From Pseudomonadota bacterium (GTDB taxonomy: Archaea; Thermoplasmatota; SW-10-69-26; JACQPN01; JAJPHT01), in assembly GCA_021325135.1 (NCBI GenBank), contig JAJPHT010000013.1, forward strand, positions 64,001 to 128,000: DNA of 64,000 nucleotides. Reading direction: 5' to 3'. The notes beneath the pieces are model-generated. The model searched no databases. It saw only the letters and a list, made by a program, of their open reading frames with translations, and was not told the origin of the DNA. Of the stretch, positions 48,093-56,631 are shown piece by piece. Position 1 is the first letter of the stretch. Each line of letters begins with the position of its first letter. The translations under genes were made by a program, and so were the position numbers.

Positions 48093-48343
48093 GCCGCCAT
48101 GATGCTTGGCTTCGGAATGAGCACCCCCAAACTTCGCGATGACCGAATTTGATTCGACTGCCGCTGGCGCACCAGCGGCGCAATGCGCCCTACGCACCCC
48201 GCTCCGCGCCGCAGGCGGCGCTCCGGGGGCGATAAGCCGGCCGAGGTCATCCAAACGCTCAAGCCAAGCGAGCCGTCCTGGGGCGTGCCGCCATGATGCT
48301 TGGCTTCGGAATGAGCACCCCCAAATTTCGCGATGACCGAATT
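48093..48343. repeat. 57-bp direct repeat (48093-48149 / 48287-48343) flanking REP-like copy C (48160-48237, minus strand)
   Basis: One mismatch between the copies. Confidence 0.88.
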
Positions 48344-48457
48344 GGACTTTGCTGAGCGGCTTTCGATCACTGGGGCGGGCCCAAGGGGGAGGGCTTCGTC
48401 GCGCGCGCGGCGCGTGCGCTGGGGGAGTCTGGGCTTGGGGCCACGAAGGGGGCCGTC

Positions 48458-48667
48458 CTACCTGGCCCGGTCGCGGTCGCGCTTGACCTGCCACGCCGTG
48501 AGGACCATGCCCAGGGGGCAGAGGACGGCGGCGACGAAGGGGATCCACGCGTAGCGGCCGTAGCCCCAGAGGGAGAGCGCCAGGACGAGGGCGAAGGGGG
48601 CGAGGGCGACGGTCCAGTGGAGCGCGTCGCGCAGGGCGGTCCGCTGCCGGGGCGTCTCCGGGGCCAC
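48458..48667 (-). CDS. Small 2-TM protein
   Basis: Hydrophobic, high GC3. Confidence 0.6.
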   Translation of the reverse strand: MAPETPRQRTALRDALHWTVALAPFALVLALSLWGYGRYAWIPFVAAVLCPLGMVLTAWQVKRDRDRAR

Positions 48668-48722
48668 GTTCGAGGCAGGCAGCCAGGGGGGATTTGGCGT
48701 TTGCGGCGACGCCGTGCTCGGG

Positions 48723-50219
48723 TCAGGCCTCGGAGAGACGTGTGAGGCGCCGGGCCGCGGCGACGAAGCCCCGCCACTCGCGCAGGCGGCGGTCGCGCTC
48801 GTCGGGGGGCATCTTCGGCGTGAAGCGGCGGTCGAGGCGCCAGGCCTTGGCGAGGTCCGCCCGCGACGCGATGACGCCCGTGCCCAGGGCGGCCAGCGCG
48901 GCGGCGCCCAGGGAGGTGGTCTCGGTCACCTTGGGGCGCTCCACAGGGACGCCCAGGAGGTCGGCCTGGAACTGCATGAGGAACGCGTTGGCGGTGCCGC
49001 CCCCGTCGACGCGCAGCGTGCGCACCTTGACGCCGGAGTCCTCCTCCATGGCCTGGAGCACCTCAGCGGTGCGGTACGCGGTGGCCTCCAGCACGGCGCG
49101 GACGAGGTGCGCCTTGGTGGTGCCGCGGGTGAGGCCCACGAACGCGCCGCGCGCCTCGGCGTCCCAGTGCGGCGCGGCGAGCCCCGCCAGCGCCGGCAGG
49201 AAGCGCACGCCGCCCGCGTCCTTGACCGAGCGCGCGAGCGCCTCCGTCTCGGAGGCCTTCTTCACGAAGCCCAGCTGGTCGCGGAGCCATTGCACGCTGG
49301 CGCCCGTGGTGAAGATGGAGCCCTCCAGCGCGTACTCCACCTGGCCGTCCAGGTCCCAGGCCACCGTGGCGAGGAGGCGCGACGAGGCGGGGCGCTTTGC
49401 CCCCGTGTTCATGAGGAGGAACGAGCCCGTGCCGTAGGTGTTCTTGGCGTCGCCCGGCGCGTGGCACGCCTGGCCGAAGAGCGCTGCCTGCTGGTCGCCC
49501 GCGATGCCCGCCAGCGGGGCGTCGGCGCCCAGCGCGCTCGCGGTGGCCAGCTCTCCGCTGGAGGGCACGAGAGCGGGAAGGCTCTCCCGCGGCACGCCGA
49601 AGAGGCCCAGAAGCTCGTCGCTCCACGCGCGATGATCCAGGTCGTAGAGCATGGTGCGGCTCGCGTTGGTGGCGTCCGTGACGTGGCTCTCGCCGTTTGA
49701 TAGCTTGAACGCGAGCCACGCGTCGATGGTGCCCAGCCGCAGGCGCCCGTCGGCCGCGGCCTTCTGCACCTTGGGCGCGTGCTTCAGGAGCCACTCCATC
49801 TTGGTGGCCGAGAAGTAGGGGTCGGTGACGAGCCCCGTGCGCTCGCGTATCCACGCCTCGCGGCCCTGCTCGCGAAGCTCGTCGCAGCGCGCGGCCGTGC
49901 GCCGGTCCTGCCACACGATGGCGCGATGGAGCGGCTTTCCCGTCTTCGCGTCCCACGCCACGACGGTCTCGCGCTGGTTCGTGAGCCCGACGCCCGCGAG
50001 GTCGGCGGGCTTCGTCCTCGACGCGCGGAGCGCCTGCGCCACCACGCGCTGCGTCGTCCGCCAGATCTCCTCCGCGTCGTGCTCGACCCAGCCGGGCCTG
50101 GGGAAGTGCTGCGCGAACTCGCGGTCCGCCGTGGCGAGGGGGCGCAGCCTCGCGTCGTACACCGTCGCCTGCGTCCCGGTGGTGCCCTGGTCGATGGCAA
50201 GGATGCGGGGGGCGGGCAT
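48723..50219 (-). CDS. glpK: Glycerol kinase
   Basis: AIDQGTTGT, TNQRET, WQDRRT, DPYFSATK, GDQQAAL, KNTYGTG, VDGG..AN. Confidence 0.96.
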   Translation of the reverse strand: MPAPRILAIDQGTTGTQATVYDARLRPLATADREFAQHFPRPGWVEHDAEEIWRTTQRVVAQALRASRTKPADLAGVGLTNQRETVVAWDAKTGKPLHRAIVWQDRRTAARCDELREQGREAWIRERTGLVTDPYFSATKMEWLLKHAPKVQKAAADGRLRLGTIDAWLAFKLSNGESHVTDATNASRTMLYDLDHRAWSDELLGLFGVPRESLPALVPSSGELATASALGADAPLAGIAGDQQAALFGQACHAPGDAKNTYGTGSFLLMNTGAKRPASSRLLATVAWDLDGQVEYALEGSIFTTGASVQWLRDQLGFVKKASETEALARSVKDAGGVRFLPALAGLAAPHWDAEARGAFVGLTRGTTKAHLVRAVLEATAYRTAEVLQAMEEDSGVKVRTLRVDGGGTANAFLMQFQADLLGVPVERPKVTETTSLGAAALAALGTGVIASRADLAKAWRLDRRFTPKMPPDERDRRLREWRGFVAAARRLTRLSEA

Positions 50220-50269
50220 CGGGGGCGGATCGCGGCGGCGCGGGAAGAGCGCTTCGCCTCGCCTTCGCT

Positions 50270-50378
50270 GGGGGCTCCGCCCTCTTTCCCCCCGCCAAAC
50301 CACCGGACCACGGGACCCCCGAACCAACGCCGGGGATTCGGCGATTCGGAGATTCGGGGGTTGAAGGGGCGGAGCCCC
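50270..50378. repeat. Inverted pair of GGGGCTCCGCCC REP units with internal 8-bp tandem repeats (gattcggN x3)
   Basis: gggggctccgccc 50270-50282 and ggggcggagcccc 50366-50378. Confidence 0.65.
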
Positions 50379-50423
50379 GCTGGCCCGCGAGCGGAGGGGC
50401 CTGCCACGAGATCGCTTCTCGGC

Positions 50424-52400
50424 TCAGCGCGCCGCCGGCAGGCGGATGGTGAAGCGCGCGCCCTGCCCCGGCGCGCTGCGCAGGAGCATCTCGCCGCCGT
50501 GCGCCTCGATGATCCCCTTGGACACCGAGAGGCCCAGGCCCGTGCCTTCGCGCTTGGTGGTGAAGAAGGGCTCGAAGAGGCGCCGCTGCACGTCCTCCGG
50601 GATGCCGGGGCCGTCGTCGGCCACCTCCACGAAGACGTCGCGCCCGTCGCCCCATGCGCGGACCTTGACGTGGCCGCCGCGCTCGCCCAGCGCCTCGCTG
50701 GCGTTCTTGACGAGGTTGAGCACCACCTGGTGAAGCTCCGCGGCGTTGGCCTGCACGCGGGGCATCGCGGGGGCGAGGTCAAGCTCCAGGCTCACGCCGC
50801 GGGGCAGGCCGATGCGGACCACCTGCGCCACGTCCTCCGCGATGGCGCGCACGTCCTCCGGCGCGCGCTCGCCGTTGCCCTGCCGCGCCACGGCCTTGAG
50901 CGCGTGCGTGATCTTGTGGACGCGCTCGACGCCCTCCGAGAGGCGCTGGAGCGAGACGCGCGCGTGGGCCACGTCCATCTCGTCGAGGTCCATGGAGGCA
51001 AGCTCCAGCGCGCCGCGCATGTAGTTGACCGGGTTGTTGATCTCGTGGGCGACGCCCGCGACCAGCGTGCCCAGGGCGGAGAGCTTCTCCTGGCGCGCAA
51101 GGGTCTGCTGCTGGCGGTGGAGCTGCGTCACGTCGCGCACGATGAGGAGCGTGCCCTCGGGAAGCGTCGCGGGGTGGACCTGCACGGTGATCTCCTCGCC
51201 GCGCGCGTCCTGGATCGTCATCTCCGCGAGGCCGCTGGCGCGCAGGAGGCGCTCGGGCAGCGCGGAGCCCAGGAGCGCCTGCGCCGCGGGGTTCTCGTAC
51301 TTCACGCGCCCCTCGGAGACGAGGAGGATGGCGTCGGGCGCGGCGCGCAGCACGGTCTCCAGGCGCTGGAGGGCGCGCGCCTCGCCGATGGCGGCGCCAA
51401 GCTGCGCGGCGACGATGCGCACGAGCGCCTTCTCCACCTCGGTGATGGTGCTGGCCGCAGGGCGCGGCCGCAGGCGCAGCACGCCGACGCCCGGGATGGG
51501 CTCGTCCAGAGGGGCCGCCCGCTCGTTGGCGCCGGGCCCGAAGGCCTCCGCGATGGCCGGCGCTCCGTCGAGGAGAAGCTCCGCGCGGCCCACGCTGGGG
51601 AACACGTCGCCGCACGCGGAGAGGATGCGCCGCGACGCGCGCTCCACGTCGCTGGTGCCCACGAGCTCCTTCGCGGCCTCGGCGAGGCGCTTGTGGACCT
51701 CCAGCTCGCGGTCCGCCGCGGCGGAGAGGACGCCGTAGCGGTACGTGAGGAACACGAACGGCATGAGCGCGAGGAGCGTCAGCGGGTGGAGCGACCAGAG
51801 CGCCGCCACCGCGACGCCGCCGCCCGCGCCCACGGCGCCCGCCAGCAGGCCGGGCCCCACGAAGCGGTCGGCGAAGATGCGCAGGTGCCCCTCCTCGCTG
51901 AGGCGGCTGAAGATGCCCGCGGTCAGGAAGTTGCTCACCAGGGGGTAGAGGAGCGCGGCGGGGAGCGCGGCGAGGATGGGCGGCGTGCCCAGGCGCGCGA
52001 CGAGGAGGAACGCCCCTGCGGCGGCCGCGGAGGCGAGGACGTTCTGGCTGAGGTTGAACGCGGCCTTGAGCCCCTCGCGCTTCATGCGCGCCTGCTCCAG
52101 GATGGAGGAGACGGCGACAAGGAGCGGGAGCGCGGGCGTGGGGATCGCCAGCAGGCCCACGAAGAGGGGCACCTCGTCGAGGACCATGCGGTGCCGGTGG
52201 CCGCGCCAGACGAACGTGAAGCTCGTCTGCCCCAGGAGGAAGAACGCGGCGACGAAGACCGAGGCGCCCAGCGCGGCGGCCCACCACGCGACGGCGAGGC
52301 CTTCGCGAAGCTGGAGCAGGGTGGCCGCGAACAGGACCGCGACGGCGGCCGCGGCCAGCGCGGTCACGTAGCGCCGCAGCGCGGGGGGGCTCTCGCTCAC
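50424..52400 (-). CDS. Sensor histidine kinase: multi-TM sensor domain, GAF-like, PAS, HisKA, HATPase
   Basis: About 7 TM N-terminus (LDEVPLFVGLL, KAAFNLSQ); AHEINNP H-box; NLVKNA, D.GPG, FEPFFTTK, GTGLGL. Confidence 0.93.
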   Translation of the reverse strand: MSESPPALRRYVTALAAAAVAVLFAATLLQLREGLAVAWWAAALGASVFVAAFFLLGQTSFTFVWRGHRHRMVLDEVPLFVGLLAIPTPALPLLVAVSSILEQARMKREGLKAAFNLSQNVLASAAAAGAFLLVARLGTPPILAALPAALLYPLVSNFLTAGIFSRLSEEGHLRIFADRFVGPGLLAGAVGAGGGVAVAALWSLHPLTLLALMPFVFLTYRYGVLSAAADRELEVHKRLAEAAKELVGTSDVERASRRILSACGDVFPSVGRAELLLDGAPAIAEAFGPGANERAAPLDEPIPGVGVLRLRPRPAASTITEVEKALVRIVAAQLGAAIGEARALQRLETVLRAAPDAILLVSEGRVKYENPAAQALLGSALPERLLRASGLAEMTIQDARGEEITVQVHPATLPEGTLLIVRDVTQLHRQQQTLARQEKLSALGTLVAGVAHEINNPVNYMRGALELASMDLDEMDVAHARVSLQRLSEGVERVHKITHALKAVARQGNGERAPEDVRAIAEDVAQVVRIGLPRGVSLELDLAPAMPRVQANAAELHQVVLNLVKNASEALGERGGHVKVRAWGDGRDVFVEVADDGPGIPEDVQRRLFEPFFTTKREGTGLGLSVSKGIIEAHGGEMLLRSAPGQGARFTIRLPAAR

Positions 52401-52436
52401 GCTGGCATGGGCTCTCCCTGCGGCCCTACATAGCCC

Positions 52437-53174
52437 CTACGCGCGCCGGGCCTGGGCGCCCGAGGCCATGGCCCGGAGCCGCTGCGCGACGCCCGGGTGC
52501 GCCTGGAGGTAGGCCAGGAGGCGCAAGGCCTCCTCCTCGTCCGTGGAGCCGCTGCGCCGCGCGAAGGGGGCCTCCATGTCGCGGTGGCAGTGGGGGCAGG
52601 TGGGGCGGGCGCGCTCGGGGGCGGGAAGGGCCCTCGCGGGCGGGGTCGCCGACGGGACGGGCGTGACCGTGGAGACTGCGGGGGCGTGCGCCGCCGGAGA
52701 GGAGGGCCGCCTGCGGACGGCCGCGAACTCGGCGAACGCGCCCTCGGGGTAGCCGGTGGGCCCCTCGCGCTCGGCCTGCGCGCGCTCCTGGGGGGACATG
52801 GCGAGGATCTCGAAGATGGCGCGGCCGAAGTCGTTCCATTCCCACGGCTTGCGCAGGAGGGCGTGGATGCCCCGCGCGCCAAGCTGCGGAGGCGTCGCCG
52901 CGATGTCCAGGTAGGCCGTCATGAGCGCGCGGGCCGCGTGGGGCGCCACCGCGCGCGTCGCCTCCAGGAAGGCGAGGCCGTCCATCTCCGCCATGTGGTT
53001 GTCCGAGAGGACGAGGTCCACGCGCGGCGCGGCCATGAGCCACGCCAGCGCCTCCTTGGGCCGCGTGAACGCCACGACGCGGACCCCCTCCAGCCTGCGC
53101 TGGAGGAAGTCGGGCGCGATGGCCACCATCTGCTCCATGTCGTCCACCAGCAGGACGACGCGCTCCTCGGCCAC
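52437..53174 (-). CDS. Response regulator receiver protein with an unusual C-terminal extension
   Basis: LLVDD, DLVLSD..M..MDG, MTAY, RKPW; then Pro-rich linker, CPHC and a short helix. Confidence 0.9.
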   Translation of the reverse strand: MAEERVVLLVDDMEQMVAIAPDFLQRRLEGVRVVAFTRPKEALAWLMAAPRVDLVLSDNHMAEMDGLAFLEATRAVAPHAARALMTAYLDIAATPPQLGARGIHALLRKPWEWNDFGRAIFEILAMSPQERAQAEREGPTGYPEGAFAEFAAVRRRPSSPAAHAPAVSTVTPVPSATPPARALPAPERARPTCPHCHRDMEAPFARRSGSTDEEEALRLLAYLQAHPGVAQRLRAMASGAQARRA

Positions 53175-53186
53175 GCTCTTGCCTCC

Positions 53187-54506
53187 TTAGCCCGCCAGCT
53201 CCTTCAGGAGCGCCGCCGCGTCGGGCTCCAGCTCGCCATCCGGCGTGCGCTGCGCGGTGCGCTGGAGCGCGGCGGCGATCTGGCCGGCGCCCAGCGACGG
53301 GTGCGCGTCCCACCCCAGGAGGGCGACGCCGGAGACGAGGGCCGTCGCCTGGCTCGTGCCGGTGCCCAGCGCGTAGCCGTGGCCCTTGTACGGGCCCGCG
53401 ATGAGCTCACCGGGCGCCGCGAGGTCGACCCAGCTTCCCGAGCGCGAGAAGCTGGCGTGGTGGCGAGTCATGTCCAGCGCCGTGACGCCGATCACGCCGT
53501 CGTAGGCCGCCGGGTAGGCGGGGCAGTCGCCGCACTTGCCCAGGTTGCCCGCGCTGGCGACGAGGAGGGCCCCCTGGGCCTGCGCGCGCTCGACGGCGCG
53601 GCGCACGGCCTTGGAGTCCTGGTCGGTGCTCAGGCTCATGCTGATGACGTTCGCGCCGTGGTCGGCGCACCAGGCGATGCCCAGGGCGAGGTCGCCCTCG
53701 CCGCCGACGCCCTTGGCGTTGAGCACCTTCACGGCCATGATGCGCGCGTTGACGACGCCCGCCGTGCCCACGCCGTTGCCCACGGAGGCCGCCGCGACGC
53801 CCGCGACGTGCGTGCCGTGGCCCGCGTCGTCCATGGGGTCGTTGGTGCCGGCCACGAAGTTCCAGCCGTGGCTGCCATCCGGCGCGCTCCACATCTGCGA
53901 CGCGAGGTCGGGGTGCGTGTAGTCCACGCCCGAGTCCACGACGCAGAGCGTCCGCGTCATGTGGCCCATGTCCAGCGCCCACGCGTCGGGGGCGTTCACG
54001 TCCGCGAGGCCCCACTGGTACTTCAGCAGGGGGTCGGGCGTCAGGGCCGAGCCGTCCCAGCGGGACGAGTCCCACCGCGAGGAGTCCCACCGGGAGCTGT
54101 CCCAGCGGCTGGAGTCCCAGCGCGACGACTGGATCGTCGCCGAGTCCCACGCCGAGGAGTCCCAGCGGGAGGAGTCCCACCTGGACGAGTCCCAGCCGGC
54201 CGAGTCGCCGGCCACGCTCTGCGCGCGGACGCCGCCGTCGCGCTCCGCGAACTGGACGGCGGGGTCCGCCGCCAGCGCCGCCAGGGCGCCCCCCACGTCG
54301 GGGACGCGCACCTCGGCGAGACCCAGCGCGGGGTCCGCCGCCAGGAGGGAGCCCGCGGCCCCCGCCGAGGCCGGCACGGGGGCGCCGGGCTCGAAGCCGA
54401 CCAGGACGACCCCGGGGTCGTGGGCGCTTGCCAGCGGCGCGAGCCCGCCCGCAAGGAGCAGGACCGCCACGAGAGCGACAGCACGCGAAGTGGAACGGGG
54501 GATCAT
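53187..54506 (-). CDS. Secreted S8 subtilisin-like protease with WDSSR repeats between prodomain and catalytic domain
   Basis: Signal peptide; triad VVDSG / GHGTHVAG / GTSQAT; oxyanion SAGN. Confidence 0.95.
   Translation of the reverse strand: MIPRSTSRAVALVAVLLLAGGLAPLASAHDPGVVLVGFEPGAPVPASAGAAGSLLAADPALGLAEVRVPDVGGALAALAADPAVQFAERDGGVRAQSVAGDSAGWDSSRWDSSRWDSSAWDSATIQSSRWDSSRWDSSRWDSSRWDSSRWDGSALTPDPLLKYQWGLADVNAPDAWALDMGHMTRTLCVVDSGVDYTHPDLASQMWSAPDGSHGWNFVAGTNDPMDDAGHGTHVAGVAAASVGNGVGTAGVVNARIMAVKVLNAKGVGGEGDLALGIAWCADHGANVISMSLSTDQDSKAVRRAVERAQAQGALLVASAGNLGKCGDCPAYPAAYDGVIGVTALDMTRHHASFSRSGSWVDLAAPGELIAGPYKGHGYALGTGTSQATALVSGVALLGWDAHPSLGAGQIAAALQRTAQRTPDGELEPDAAALLKELAG
54048..54206 (-). 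repeat. 15-bp-period coding repeat encoding about 10 (W)DSSR pentapeptides
   Basis: DSAGWDSSRWDSSRWDSSAWDSATIQSSRWDSSRWDSSRWDSSRWDSSRWDGS. Confidence 0.95.
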
Positions 54507-54842
54507 TGAGGGGCACTTCCCACAGCACGGGCCTGCCGGAGCAGGCGCACAGCCAGGTACCTCTCCTGTCGCGAGCCCTATTTAGTCTGTTTCCGCGCCC
54601 ATTGAAGAGGCCCTGGGGCCCGCGTGGACCCCTGTCCCTGGGCGGGCCGAGGGGAGCCCCCGAAGCCCGACCTGGACCCGTCCGCTCCGCCCGCCGGCCC
54701 CCGCGTGGGGCGCCCCGCCGCCATGGGGAATCGGCAGGCGCCGAACCACTCCCCGACATGGGGAAATCGTTAATTACGACCATCCTCTCCTCGGCCCGTT
54801 CCTCGCCCATTGGCGGGGCATCACTCCCCTGGGTTGACGCTG

Positions 54843-56024
54843 ATGACCACGCGCACGCAGCTGAACAACTACGTCACCGCCTCGCAGGGCCGCGGCCCCT
54901 CCAACAAGAACGTCTCCGTCAAGGAGCTCGACGCCCTCCTGGCGAAGGTCAAGCCCCACCTCACCAAGGACAACACGTACGAGTGGGACGCGAACATCAA
55001 CGGCATCATCGTCCGCCTCACCACCAACTCGCTCCACCAGTACGAGTTCTGGATGCAGAACTGGTGGCCCGGCCCCAACAACGACAGCATCCTGCCCCAC
55101 GGCAAGATCTACAGCGTCTTCGGCGTGCCCGACCACGAGCCCTACGCCTACTACTGCCCCGACCGCCACACGGCCGTCTTCGTGAACACCGAGTACTACG
55201 GCCAGTGCAAGAGCTGGGCCCTCGGCCTCGCGTGCCACATCCTGGAGCAGAAGTACAACACGCACAGCATCCACGGCGCGTGCGCCGAGATCGACGGCAA
55301 GGGCGTCGTCATCATCGCGCCCACCGGCACGGGCAAGACCACGCAGGTCAACAAGCTCTTCAAGCACGCCCGCGGCCGCGTCGTGGGCGACGACTGGATC
55401 TACATCAAGCACCCGGACAACATCGACCAGCTCAAGGAGCCCATCCTCGAGGTCACGCAGCCCGAGAAGTCGCTCTACGTGCGCACGGAGAACGCGAAGG
55501 AGGAGCAGTGGCTCCGCCCCATCTTCGACCGCTGCATGCTGGAGAACGTCGTCACGGACGCCAGCAAGTGCGAGCACCCGCCCGGCGAGAAGTGCGCCAT
55601 CAAGGACGAGGGCGACAGCAAGTGCTACTGGGGCTTCGGCAACAGCCGCGCCATGATCCCCCGCGAGTGGATGGCGGGCAAGGAGAAGGTGGGCGACAAG
55701 GCCAACCTGCGCCTCATCGTGCTCCTGCGCCGCGACAAGGAGAGCCCCGCCGAGGTCAGCGTCAACGCCGACGAGGCCATCCGCATCCTCAAGGAGGGCA
55801 AGACGCTCATCCGCCCCGGCGCGGGCCCCCGCGAGAAGTGGGGCACCTACGGCTACGAGCCCTGGTACAACCCGTACCTCCTCTTCGCCGACCACGAGCG
55901 CCAGGAGAAGTTCTTCCGCGACGAGATGCGCGCGGCCCGCGTCGTCATCATCAACACCGGCGCGCCGGGCGAGAGCATCGAGCGGACCTACCAGCGCATC
56001 CTGGCCAACCTCGAGAAGGCGTAG
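54843..56024 (+). CDS. PEPCK/HPr-kinase-superfamily P-loop protein
   Basis: IHGACA...GV.IIAPTGTGKTT...VGDDW; strongly optimized codons. Confidence 0.85.
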   Translation: MTTRTQLNNYVTASQGRGPSNKNVSVKELDALLAKVKPHLTKDNTYEWDANINGIIVRLTTNSLHQYEFWMQNWWPGPNNDSILPHGKIYSVFGVPDHEPYAYYCPDRHTAVFVNTEYYGQCKSWALGLACHILEQKYNTHSIHGACAEIDGKGVVIIAPTGTGKTTQVNKLFKHARGRVVGDDWIYIKHPDNIDQLKEPILEVTQPEKSLYVRTENAKEEQWLRPIFDRCMLENVVTDASKCEHPPGEKCAIKDEGDSKCYWGFGNSRAMIPREWMAGKEKVGDKANLRLIVLLRRDKESPAEVSVNADEAIRILKEGKTLIRPGAGPREKWGTYGYEPWYNPYLLFADHERQEKFFRDEMRAARVVIINTGAPGESIERTYQRILANLEKA

Positions 56025-56030
56025 GCCTCC

Positions 56031-56444
56031 GTGGACCTGTCCCTGCGCCCCATCGGCGTCGTGCGCTCGCCCTACGCCACGCCGCTGGACGCGCCGCGGC
56101 AGGGCGAGTTCGCCCGAAGGGAGAGCGTCGTCGAGATCGAGGAGCGCTATCACGACGGGCTCGCAGGCATCGAGGCGGGCGCGCGCCTGCTGGTCGTCTG
56201 GTGGGCCCACCTCGCGGACCGCCGCGTGCTATCACGGCCCGGGACGGACGGCGTGTTCGCCATGCGCACGCCCCACAGGCCCAACCCCGTCTGCCTCTCT
56301 GAGGTGGAGGTCGTCTCGCGCGAGGGCGGGCGCCTCGTCGTCCTCGGCCTTGAGGCCACGGACGGCACGCCCGTCCTGGACCTCAAGGCGGCGCGCGCGG
56401 AGTACGACGGTTGGTGCGGGCTGCCAGGCGTCGGCACTCTGTAA
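56031..56444 (+). CDS. trmO: TrmO/TsaA-like tRNA m6t6A methyltransferase
   Basis: PIGVVRSP, GVFA.R.PHRPNP, GLEA.DGTPVLDLK. Confidence 0.88.
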   Translation: MDLSLRPIGVVRSPYATPLDAPRQGEFARRESVVEIEERYHDGLAGIEAGARLLVVWWAHLADRRVLSRPGTDGVFAMRTPHRPNPVCLSEVEVVSREGGRLVVLGLEATDGTPVLDLKAARAEYDGWCGLPGVGTL

Positions 56445-56631
56445 CACCTTACACAATCCTTGAGGCGCAAGGGCGCCGCCGGGACCCGAAACCATTCGTC
56501 GAACGAATGGCCAGAACGTCCTTTCTCCCCATTCCGGAACCGGGCCGCGCAGGGGGTCCCCCGACACCCGGAAGCCCGCAAGAGCGGACCGGGGACGGGG
56601 GCTGCCCTACGTTTGCCAAGGGTGACACAAG

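Noticed and set aside
54048-54206. CRISPR array
   Set aside because: 15-bp period with no spacers, in frame within a protease gene
56485-56520. c-di-GMP-I riboswitch resemblance (aaaccattcg...gaatgg)
   Set aside because: Lacks the GNRA loop and the downstream GACGCAAAG/P3 elements
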